The notes beneath the pieces were generated by a model that saw only the letters and a program-made list of their open reading frames with translations, had not been told where the DNA came from and did not search any database. A program made the translations under genes and the position numbers. From assembly GCA_041651455.1 (NCBI GenBank), contig JBAZJG010000004.1, positions 8,848 to 72,847 of the forward strand: a DNA stretch of 64,000 nucleotides, read 5' to 3'. The stretch is from Candidatus Omnitrophota bacterium (GTDB taxonomy: Bacteria; Omnitrophota; Gorgyraeia; Pluralincolimonadales; Pluralincolimonadaceae). Below, piece after piece: positions 56,761 through 64,000 of the stretch (position 1 is its first letter; the number at the start of each line of letters is the position of its first letter).

Positions 56761-56836
56761 TGGTAGCCCCTACGGGAATCGAACCCGTGTTTAATGGCTG
56801 AGAACCATCCGTCCTAGGCCACTAGACGAAGGGGCC
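56761..56836 (-). tRNA. tRNA-Glu (anticodon CUC)
   Basis: Minus-strand 76 nt GGCCCCTTCGTCTAGTGGCCTAGGACGGATGGTTCTCAGCCATTAAACACGGGTTCGATTCCCGTAGGGGCTACCA. Cloverleaf folds with a 7-nt anticodon loop TTCTCAG, U33 and A37, T-loop TTCGATT. Closely resembles bacterial tRNA-Glu. Position 1-72 is a G-U pair. Confidence 0.8.
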
Positions 56837-56839
56837 ACG

Positions 56840-57844
56840 CTAAAATCTTACTTTCTCTTCTCTCCTGTTATGCGCCGAAAGCTGGGCGGCTTCTATAACA
56901 GCTGCTGTCTTGCGCACCTCATCCAGCTTTATGATCGGGTGCGCGCGGTGCATCAGTACATCGTAAAGGTTTTCGTAATACTTCTCCCAGCTGCTCGGTT
57001 CGACCTGGTAGGTCCTTTCGAACTCCTCGCCTTTCATCTGGGTCTTTATCTTTATCGGGTGGCCGCCGTTCTCGCTCAACAGCGCGCCCTTGGTCCCGAG
57101 CACATACCACCGGGGTAGATTATACCGCGAAACCTGGCTCGCTTCAAGGTGCGCGGTCACTCCGCCGCGGAACCTTATAAGCAGTTTGAAGTAGTCGTCT
57201 ACCTCCCTCGACCAGAGCACCGACTTCATGTCGCACCAGACCGATACCGGCTGTTCCTTTATGAGGCACAGCATCTGGTCTATGATATGGGAGCCGAAAT
57301 CGTATAATATGCCGCCGCCGTAGGCCTTCTTATAGCGCCATGCGGGGTTGAACTCCTTTACGCCGTAATTCTTCAAAGAACCGTACGAGGTCGCCCTCGA
57401 TTCCACCGTGAACGGCTCGCCGACGAGGTGTTCGTCAAGAAGCCTCTTGATCGTAAGGAAATCCCCGTCGAACCTGCGGCTCTGGAAGACCGAGAGCACC
57501 ACCTTCTTCCTGTGCGCAAGCTTAATGAGGTAATCGACCTCCTTGAGGGTCAGCGCTATCGGCTTCTCGACTACGCAATGCCTGCCCTCCTCAAGCACCA
57601 TCTTCGCTATCCTGAAGTGGCTGCTCGACGGCGTCGCAATGACCACAAGGTCTATATCCGTATCGAGGAAATGCCTGTAGTCAGAAAAAGCTATAGTTCC
57701 GTAATCCCTGTCCGCGACCCTCCTGCGCCCCTGTATAGTATCGCATACAGCCACTATCCGGAACTTCCCCACCCTCTTCATAAGAGGTATGTGGAATTCC
57801 TGCGCGCTCCTTCCGAGGCCGCAGATCCCGACCTTAAACTCCAT
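56840..57844 (-). CDS. Gfo/Idh/MocA-family NAD(P)-dependent oxidoreductase
   Basis: 334 aa: N-terminal Rossmann KVGICGLGRSAQEFHIPLM...IVAVCD, EKP motif (VVEKPIALT), C-terminal alpha/beta domain. Confidence 0.8.
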   Translation of the reverse strand: MEFKVGICGLGRSAQEFHIPLMKRVGKFRIVAVCDTIQGRRRVADRDYGTIAFSDYRHFLDTDIDLVVIATPSSSHFRIAKMVLEEGRHCVVEKPIALTLKEVDYLIKLAHRKKVVLSVFQSRRFDGDFLTIKRLLDEHLVGEPFTVESRATSYGSLKNYGVKEFNPAWRYKKAYGGGILYDFGSHIIDQMLCLIKEQPVSVWCDMKSVLWSREVDDYFKLLIRFRGGVTAHLEASQVSRYNLPRWYVLGTKGALLSENGGHPIKIKTQMKGEEFERTYQVEPSSWEKYYENLYDVLMHRAHPIIKLDEVRKTAAVIEAAQLSAHNRREEKVRF

Positions 57845-57846
57845 GT

Positions 57847-58629
57847 TTAATATCCTATCCCCCTCAGGAAATCACGCGAGGATCTCGCGCTTTCCAGCGG
57901 AGTGCTCGAAGTCCTGTCAAGTTCGACGATAATCCAGTTAGTATAATTAATCCTCTCCAAACTTGCAAGGATATTCTTCATGTTGTGGCACAGTTTCCCT
58001 CGCCCGAGTTCCGTGAAATCCCTGGCGCCGGGGTCCCAGTCCTTAAGGTGGACGAGCGCTACGCTCGAACGGCATCTTTCTATCACCGCCGCCGGGTCCG
58101 AGCCGGCCGCGGCCAGATGCCCCGTATCCAGGCAAAGCTTTACGGACTTGGAAAACTCGAGAAGGTCCATTATGTCCCTCTCGTCTTCCACTATCGTATC
58201 CAGATGGTTATGAAAGGCTATCTTGACGTTGAACCTGGAAGAGTATTCGGCGAGCGAATCGAGCCTTTTGCAGAGGGCTTTATAGCTTTTTGCTTCCTTG
58301 GAGAGGCCATCGCCCTTCCAGCCGCCCGTTACCATCAGCGCTTCCACGCCGAATTGCCCGGCGAAATAGGCCTTCTCCTTGGCCTCGGCGATGTCGGCCC
58401 TCTCGTCGGGAGTAACCCTGACATTTGCGGAGAGCGACGCCATCTCCAGCCCTGTCTCATCCAACTGCGTCTTAAGAAGAGCGGCGGAGCCCAGCCTCGG
58501 GAGGGCGTCGAATATCTCGACACCTTCGTAACCGGCTTCTTTTATCTCGCAAAGAACGTCTTTTAGAGGATAATCCTTGAGGTAATTGCCCCAGGTAAGG
58601 GTATGGCAACCTATCTTCTGCACCGCCAT
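57847..58629 (-). CDS. Sugar phosphate isomerase/epimerase (xylose isomerase-like TIM barrel)
   Basis: 260 aa: GYEGVEI, FHNHLD, HLKDWD metal-binding-like motifs of the AP endonuclease 2 / xylose isomerase-like TIM family. Confidence 0.7.
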   Translation of the reverse strand: MAVQKIGCHTLTWGNYLKDYPLKDVLCEIKEAGYEGVEIFDALPRLGSAALLKTQLDETGLEMASLSANVRVTPDERADIAEAKEKAYFAGQFGVEALMVTGGWKGDGLSKEAKSYKALCKRLDSLAEYSSRFNVKIAFHNHLDTIVEDERDIMDLLEFSKSVKLCLDTGHLAAAGSDPAAVIERCRSSVALVHLKDWDPGARDFTELGRGKLCHNMKNILASLERINYTNWIIVELDRTSSTPLESARSSRDFLRGIGY

Positions 58630-58658
58630 ACGTCACCGCTTTGTTCGCCAGTGAAAAT

Positions 58659-58746
58659 TGGTGCTGGGAGGGGGATTTGAACCCCCACAGTTTATTCAAC
58701 CAACAGCCCCTCAAACTGTCGCGTCTGCCAATTCCGCCATCCCAGC
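58659..58746 (-). tRNA. tRNA-Leu (anticodon GAG), type II with long variable arm
   Basis: Minus-strand 88 nt GCTGGGATGGCGGAATTGGCAGACGCGACAGTTTGAGGGGCTGTTGGTTGAATAAACTGTGGGGGTTCAAATCCCCCTCCCAGCACCA. Acceptor GCTGGGA/TCCCAGC, anticodon loop TTGAGGG, T-arm GGGGG-TTCAAAT-CCCCC, encoded CCA. Confidence 0.8.
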
Positions 58747-58760
58747 AAATCTGTCTTATA

Positions 58761-59474
58761 TTATCTTACCGGCAGGATCTTGCCGTCTTCTCCCAAATTC
58801 ACGCGTACACCCTTGCCGTAAAGGTTCCCTTCTATCTTGACGGGTTCCGACAAGGCGGCCCTGTTGACCCTTCCCGACGGGTAAAAATCTATTACGCTGC
58901 CTGCAGGGTATCTTATGCGGCCTATCTCTGTAGTCCCGGCAAGCGTCGACGATTTCAGCCTGCCATCGTTATAAAAATCGACCGGGCCCGGAGCGCACAA
59001 GATCCCCTGTATCTCCTGGGCTTTCGTCAAATATACGTTTACGAGCTTCCCTGTCTCGAAAAGGGAGACCCTTGCGCCGTCGGCGACCTTTACGCCGCCG
59101 ATCATCTTCGCCTCGGCAAGCGTGCCAGACCTCAACCTGCCCGATTCATACAAGTATATCCTGCTGCCCTTGCTCAACGTGATGCCCTGCAACGACACAT
59201 CGCGGGACAGCTCCGCGTCCCTGACCTTTCCCGATTCATAGAAATATATCCAGCCCTGGCAGGGAAGGTCCTGCACGGCCGCCGGCTTCTCGAGTATCGC
59301 GTAATTGATCTTGCCGGCTTCCGTATACTCTATCCTCGTGCCCGGCGGCAGGGTTGTGCCCTGTATGTTCCTCGCGCTGTCAATGATCTCGAATTTTATC
59401 TCCGCCGCGGCGCATTGGGCGGCGACAAGCAGAGCCAATGACGCTATTACGGCCGAACCGGGTCTATTGCGCAT
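58761..59474 (-). CDS. Secreted MORN-like repeat protein
   Basis: 237 aa, signal peptide, about 8 tandem ~23-aa repeats of the form G.....Y.SG.L....L (YESGKVRDAELS, YESGRLRSGTLA, FETGKLVNVYLT, YNDGRLKSSTLA, YPSGRVNRAALS). GGAGGT SD 8 nt upstream. Confidence 0.45.
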   Translation of the reverse strand: MRNRPGSAVIASLALLVAAQCAAAEIKFEIIDSARNIQGTTLPPGTRIEYTEAGKINYAILEKPAAVQDLPCQGWIYFYESGKVRDAELSRDVSLQGITLSKGSRIYLYESGRLRSGTLAEAKMIGGVKVADGARVSLFETGKLVNVYLTKAQEIQGILCAPGPVDFYNDGRLKSSTLAGTTEIGRIRYPAGSVIDFYPSGRVNRAALSEPVKIEGNLYGKGVRVNLGEDGKILPVR

Positions 59475-59587
59475 ATTATCGGACCTCCACGCGCTATAAA
59501 TATACCAAAAAATACCGCAAATAACAAGAGGTTAATGCTTTTTTGTTGCGCGTGTGTTTTTTTGTCTGTATAATAGCACCATATAAC

Positions 59588-61027
59588 ATGACTACTCTCA
59601 AGAGACCTTTAATCGTTCTGACATCTGCGGCCATGTTACTTTCCGCGGCGGGATGCCGCACCCTGACGGCCCCTTCGTCTTCTGAAGCAGCCTGGGTACC
59701 GGCGAAGAAGATACAGGCCTACGACTCAAAAGACAAGACCTGGCAATCCATCCGCGGGCAGAGGATCGACTCGTCGAAACCCCTCGCGCTCGGGGACCTG
59801 ATAGATATAGCACTGCGCACGAACCCTTCCACGAAACAGGCCTGGGAGAACGCAAAAGCGGTCCAGGCGGCAAAGCTCCAGATGGAAGGCCGCTACTACC
59901 CGAAGGTCACTATCAACGGCGAGGCCATAAGGCAGGATACCCGCGCCAATATAGACATGGCAAGCGTCGATTACTTCAAATACGGGCCCGGCATACAGCT
60001 CACGTACCTGCTCCTCGATTTCGGCGGCAGGGCTGCCGACGTGGATGAGCAATCGCAGCTGCTCATAGCCGCGAACTTCCAGTTCAACAGGAAGATGCAG
60101 GACGTCGTGCTCGACGTCGAGACGTCCTATTACGATTACCACAGCGCGGTCGCGCTGCAGGCGGCGGCGGAATCGGACCTCAAGAACACGCAGGCCGCGT
60201 ATGATGCGGCTTCCCGCAGGTATGAGGTGGGGCTCGCCGCCAAACTTGACGTGCTGCAGGCGAAATCTACATACGAGCAGACGCTTTACTCCCTCGAGAA
60301 TGCCAAAGGCGCAGTCAAGACCTCGAAAGCCGCGCTGGCAAGGTCGCTCGGATATCCGGCAGATACCGTTTTCGATGTTCTGGAGCCGTCCAAGGATGTC
60401 CCGAAGTCCGTCAACGACGAGGACATCACGAATATGATAAACGACGCCATCGAACAGCGCCCAGACATCGCCGCGTTGAGGGCCAATCTAAGGGCGCAAA
60501 ACGCCGTCGCGAGGTCCGCGAATTCCGACCTCTACCCGACGCTGAGCGCCGGCGCCTCGGCGAACAAGAACTTCTATAAATATTACAATTACGGCCAGCC
60601 GCGCGATACCGACAGGACATACGCGGCATACCTGAGCTTCGACTGGGACGTCTTCGACGGATTCGAGAACCTGAACAAACTGCGCGAGGAACAGGCTCTC
60701 GCGAACGTCGAACGCGAGAAGCTCATCGAAGCCGAGATCTCGGCCAGCGCCGAGGTCTGGACCAAATACTACGATTTCAAGACGGCTGTCAAGAAGCTCG
60801 AATACAGCGAGGCGTTCCTGAACACATCCCAGACATCATACGAGCTGGCCCTTGAAAGCTACAGCAACGGCCTGAACAGCATACTCGACCTGCTCGACGC
60901 GGAAAGCAAGCTTTCCGACGCTAAGAGCAGCCTCATACAATCGAGGAAAGACCTTTTCGTGGCATTGGCCCAATTGGCCCACGCGACCGGAACGATATAT
61001 ACAGGCGGAGAGACAAAAAATGAATAA
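59588..61027 (+). CDS. TolC-family outer membrane efflux protein
   Basis: Lipoprotein-type signal (LLSAAGC), two tandem OEP repeats with coiled-coil Leu/Ala heptads. Track ORF starts at 59543, but that would include the TATAAT -10 box at 59561..59566, so the ATG at 59588 is preferred. Confidence 0.75.
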   Translation: MTTLKRPLIVLTSAAMLLSAAGCRTLTAPSSSEAAWVPAKKIQAYDSKDKTWQSIRGQRIDSSKPLALGDLIDIALRTNPSTKQAWENAKAVQAAKLQMEGRYYPKVTINGEAIRQDTRANIDMASVDYFKYGPGIQLTYLLLDFGGRAADVDEQSQLLIAANFQFNRKMQDVVLDVETSYYDYHSAVALQAAAESDLKNTQAAYDAASRRYEVGLAAKLDVLQAKSTYEQTLYSLENAKGAVKTSKAALARSLGYPADTVFDVLEPSKDVPKSVNDEDITNMINDAIEQRPDIAALRANLRAQNAVARSANSDLYPTLSAGASANKNFYKYYNYGQPRDTDRTYAAYLSFDWDVFDGFENLNKLREEQALANVEREKLIEAEISASAEVWTKYYDFKTAVKKLEYSEAFLNTSQTSYELALESYSNGLNSILDLLDAESKLSDAKSSLIQSRKDLFVALAQLAHATGTIYTGGETKNE

Positions 61028-62198
61028 GACCGGTAACACGCTGATTAAACTCATCAAATACGCGGCCTGGATCGGGCTCGCATTACTGCTGACCATGGGT
61101 ATCGTAAAGGGCTGCAGCCGCAAGCCCCCGGAGAGGAAGATACCGCCGAAGATCGTCAAAGCGGTCAAGGCCGAGACCAGTGATGCCGACATATTCATTG
61201 AGTCCTTCGGCAACCTCTACTCGCCCTATAACGTGAACATCATGTCGCAGGTGACCGGCGAGATAAAGGAAGTCCATTTCAAGGACGGCGACATCGTGAA
61301 AAAAGGCGACATGCTTTTCACGATCGACCCGAGCTCGTACAAAGCCACGCTCGACAAGGCGGAAGCCCAGCTGATACAGGACCTTGCGAACCTGAAACTG
61401 AACAAGGATACGCTCGAGAGGAACAGGAAACTCCTCGCCAAGGAGCTCATCTCGCAGCAGGCCTTCGAGCAATATGAGACGAGCGTCACGGCGTCGGAGG
61501 CGATGATCAAGCTCGATAACGCCAACATAGAGCTCGCGAAGATAAACCTCGCCTATTGCTATATCTCTTCTCCTATCGACGGCACCTGCGGCAAGCGGCA
61601 GGTGGACCCGGGCAATATCGTTATGGCGAATTCGGGGCCGACGCTCGTGAACATAAAGACCGTTGACCCGCTTTACGTGGATTTCACTATACCTGAGAGG
61701 GACCTCGATAGCGTAAGGGAAGCCATGACAAAAGGCCAGCTTAAGGTGATCGTCTACATCGAGCGCGAAGGCGGCGATCCCGTCACGCGGGAAGGCATTC
61801 TGCATTTCGTAGATAACGCGGTGGATAACACCACCGGCACGATCCTGCTGCGCGCCTCGGTCGACAACAGGGACTCCGCCCTTTGGGCCGGGCAGTTCGC
61901 GAATGTCCGGCTTGTCCTCAGAAAAGAGAAGGACGCAGTGCTTATCCCATATGAGGCCATGCAGGTAGGACAGGAACAGGGCGTATTATACAATTATGTT
62001 TTCACGATCACTCCGGACAACAAAGCGGAAAAAAGGAACATCACCGCCGGCAACAAGATAGACGACCATGTGATCGTGGAGAAAGGTCTTAAGGCGGGTG
62101 AGTACGTCGTAACCGCCGGCCAGATGGGCCTGAGGCCCGGGGCGGACGTCGAGATAAGCGCCCCGCAGAACGGGGCATCCAAGAAGGCGGACAAATGA
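61020..62198 (+). CDS. RND efflux periplasmic adaptor (membrane fusion protein, AcrA/MexA-like)
   Basis: 392 aa, lipoprotein signal (VKGCS), biotin-lipoyl-like hairpin domain, coiled-coil, beta-barrel and MP domains. Stop overlaps the RND pump start (ATGA). Confidence 0.8.
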   Translation: MNKTGNTLIKLIKYAAWIGLALLLTMGIVKGCSRKPPERKIPPKIVKAVKAETSDADIFIESFGNLYSPYNVNIMSQVTGEIKEVHFKDGDIVKKGDMLFTIDPSSYKATLDKAEAQLIQDLANLKLNKDTLERNRKLLAKELISQQAFEQYETSVTASEAMIKLDNANIELAKINLAYCYISSPIDGTCGKRQVDPGNIVMANSGPTLVNIKTVDPLYVDFTIPERDLDSVREAMTKGQLKVIVYIEREGGDPVTREGILHFVDNAVDNTTGTILLRASVDNRDSALWAGQFANVRLVLRKEKDAVLIPYEAMQVGQEQGVLYNYVFTITPDNKAEKRNITAGNKIDDHVIVEKGLKAGEYVVTAGQMGLRPGADVEISAPQNGASKKADK

Positions 62199-64000
62199 GC
62201 TTTTCCGAAAACTTTATAAGAAAACCTATTATGACCACGCTGCTCATGGTGGTCGTGACGATATTCGGCATAGCGGCTTATTTTACGCTTCCGATCAGCG
62301 ACCTTCCTGTCGTTGATTATCCGGTCATTCTCGTGCAGGTGGCGTACCCGGGCGCGAGCCCCGACACGATGGCTTCTGCCGTCGCGTCCCCTCTCGAGAA
62401 CGAGTTTACCGAGATACAGGGCCTTACAAGCATCATCTCGAACAATACCGAAGGGCAGTCGCAGATAATACTGACGTTCGACCTCAGCAGGAATGTCGAC
62501 CTCGCGGCCCCGGATGTGCAGGCCGCGATCTCGCGCGCGGCCGGAAACCTGCCGACCGACCTGCCTGCCCCTCCCTCTTACCAGAAGGTCAACCCTTCCG
62601 ACACGCCCATTATCTATATGATGCTCAACTCGGACACCCTTACACCGGGCCAGCTTTACGACCTTGGCAACAGGACTGTCGGCAAAAGGATAAGCATGAT
62701 AGACGGCGTCTCGCAGGTCCAGGTTTGGGGCGCGAAGACGGCCGTGCGCGTCCAGGTGGACCCGAATAAACTCTCCGCTTTCCAGATAGGGATAAACGAG
62801 GTGGCGGCAGCAGTATCGACCGGCACGGTCCTGATACCCGCAGGAAGCCTTGACGGCGACATCATGGCCTTCTCCATAGAGCCGAAGGGCCAGCTCTTCA
62901 AGGCGAAGGACTATGACGAGCTTATAGTCGCGTACAGGAACAACTCCCCCGTCAGGCTGAGGGATATCGGGCGCTGCATTGACAGCATAGATAACGACGT
63001 GATACGCCCGATGTTCGGCAATCCCAAAGAGGGCATGAGATCAAACAACGTCGTTATAGCTATATCGCGTTCTGCCGGCTCAAACACGGTCGCCCTCGCC
63101 GCCAGCATATTGGATATGACGGATATGCTCCAGAAGGAGCTTCCCGGCTCCGCAAGGCTTGAGGTATTTTACGATAAATCCGTGGAGATCGTCGAATCGG
63201 TTAATGATGTAAAACAGACGATCCTCATAGCGCTCATTCTCGTCGTGCTTATCATATTCCTCTCCCTCGGCAGGATATCGGATACGATAATACCGAGCAT
63301 TTCTCTTCCTCTGTCCGTCGTCGCGACCTTTGTAGTCATGTACGCAATGAACTTCAGCCTCGACCAGATGTCCCTGCTGGGACTTACTCTCTGCATCGGG
63401 TTCGTGGTCGACGACGCCATCGTCGTGCTCGAGAACACGGTCCGACTCATCGAGGGCGGCAAGAAACCGATGGAAGCGGCCGTTGAAAGCGCCGAGCAGA
63501 TCACGTTCACGATCATATCGATGACGCTTTCGCTCGCCGTAATATTCATACCTCTCGTCTTTATGGGAGGGGTCGTCGGCAGGATATTCCGCGAGTTCGC
63601 GGTGACCGTCGTAGCGGCCATCCTCTGTTCGGGCGTGGTGTCGCTTACGCTTACGCCCATGATGTGCGCGCGTATGCTCAAGGAGCATAAACCCGGCGAT
63701 TCCAAATTCCAGGAGATGATCACCAGGTTCATGAGCGGTATCATAGATAAATACGGCGTGATCCTTAAATGGACCCTGCAGCGCCCGATGACTACCCTTA
63801 TCGCATGGGTATTATGCTTCGGCGGCACCGTGTTCTTCTTCAATATAGTGCCGCAGACATTCCTTCCCGAAGGCGACAGCGGCGCGGTCATGGGACAGAT
63901 GATGATGCCTCTCGGGACCTCCTCGAAGCAGATGGGAGAATTCCAGGACAAGGTAAATAACGTCCTCCTGAACGACAAGAACGTCGAAAAGGTCATCTCG
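62195..64000 (+). CDS. RND efflux permease (AcrB/MexB family), 5' part; continues beyond the window (not in ORF track)
   Basis: Open frame from the ATG at 62195 to the window end, 602 codons: MSFSENFIRKPIMTTLLMVVVTIFGIAAYFTLPISDLPVVDYPVILVQVAYPGASPDTMA... Canonical AcrB N-terminus with TM1 and a large periplasmic loop. Confidence 0.85.
   Translation, partial: MSFSENFIRKPIMTTLLMVVVTIFGIAAYFTLPISDLPVVDYPVILVQVAYPGASPDTMASAVASPLENEFTEIQGLTSIISNNTEGQSQIILTFDLSRNVDLAAPDVQAAISRAAGNLPTDLPAPPSYQKVNPSDTPIIYMMLNSDTLTPGQLYDLGNRTVGKRISMIDGVSQVQVWGAKTAVRVQVDPNKLSAFQIGINEVAAAVSTGTVLIPAGSLDGDIMAFSIEPKGQLFKAKDYDELIVAYRNNSPVRLRDIGRCIDSIDNDVIRPMFGNPKEGMRSNNVVIAISRSAGSNTVALAASILDMTDMLQKELPGSARLEVFYDKSVEIVESVNDVKQTILIALILVVLIIFLSLGRISDTIIPSISLPLSVVATFVVMYAMNFSLDQMSLLGLTLCIGFVVDDAIVVLENTVRLIEGGKKPMEAAVESAEQITFTIISMTLSLAVIFIPLVFMGGVVGRIFREFAVTVVAAILCSGVVSLTLTPMMCARMLKEHKPGDSKFQEMITRFMSGIIDKYGVILKWTLQRPMTTLIAWVLCFGGTVFFFNIVPQTFLPEGDSGAVMGQMMMPLGTSSKQMGEFQDKVNNVLLNDKNVEKVIS

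Noticed and set aside
56737-58760. tRNA-Glu and tRNA-Leu as integration sites for a genomic island or prophage
   Set aside because: No integrase, recombinase, direct repeat of the tRNA 3' end, or phage-like genes in the window. Flanking genes are ordinary metabolism on the same strand.
59475-59542. Possible replication origin at the strand-switch point
   Set aside because: The spacer is only 68 bp, shows ordinary -35/-10 and SD elements for both flanking genes, and has no TTATCCACA-like DnaA boxes and no dnaA/dnaN nearby.
1-64000. CRISPR arrays, defence islands, mobile elements
   Set aside because: No short regular direct-repeat/spacer arrays, no cas-like, nuclease/ATPase/RT, transposase or integrase ORFs were seen. 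Repetition in the window is explained by protein-level paralogy (GH5 pair, CBM-like genes, beta-sandwich triplet).

Overview
Every protein-coding gene from position 1 to about 59.47 kb lies on the minus strand. All families below were assigned by reading the translations for motifs; no searches were run. The DNA is GC-rich with Shine-Dalgarno-type ribosome binding sites and frequent TTG starts, so nearly all long plus-strand ORFs are antisense shadows.

The low-coordinate third is housekeeping: a GuaD-like deaminase, an AlkD-like DNA repair protein, a STAS antagonist, pfkA, a tRNA-dihydrouridine synthase, a B12-binding radical SAM enzyme, a nitroreductase, and glutamate synthase gltB/gltD.

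From 15.8 to 55.1 kb there are two tightly packed, apparently polycistronic glycan-utilisation blocks. They hold two LacI regulators and one GntR-HTH/LacI-type hybrid regulator. They hold a three-gene sugar ABC importer. The enzymes are a 1528-aa secreted GH2, two GH35-like beta-galactosidases, a 1099-aa cytoplasmic GH94/149/161-like phosphorylase, a GH130 phosphorylase, a ROK kinase, two GH5 enzymes flanked by carbohydrate-binding modules (CBMs), and two further TIM-barrel hydrolases. They hold two PEP-CTERM proteins and a GspK-like pseudopilin with a LamG lectin domain. They also hold two expanded families of small secreted beta-sandwich proteins.

Next come tRNA-Glu and tRNA-Leu, a PEP mutase fused to a LicC-like cytidylyltransferase (phosphonate biosynthesis), and a Gfo/Idh/MocA oxidoreductase with a TIM-barrel isomerase. 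A strand switch near 59.5 kb leads into a TolC-MFP-RND efflux operon that runs off the window. Two real CDSs truncated by the window edges are absent from the ORF track: 1..496 on the minus strand and 62195..64000 on the plus strand. No CRISPR array, transposase, integrase or recognisable defence genes were found.

The most interesting signals are:
- a canonical -1 frameshift heptamer that would fuse the GH130 phosphorylase to the ROK kinase, which otherwise has no start codon
- glycan-binding modules anchored by PEP-CTERM or carried on a pseudopilin, embedded in the utilisation operon
- evidence of gene conversion among tandem paralogs
- a PepM fusion with no phosphonopyruvate decarboxylase partner in view
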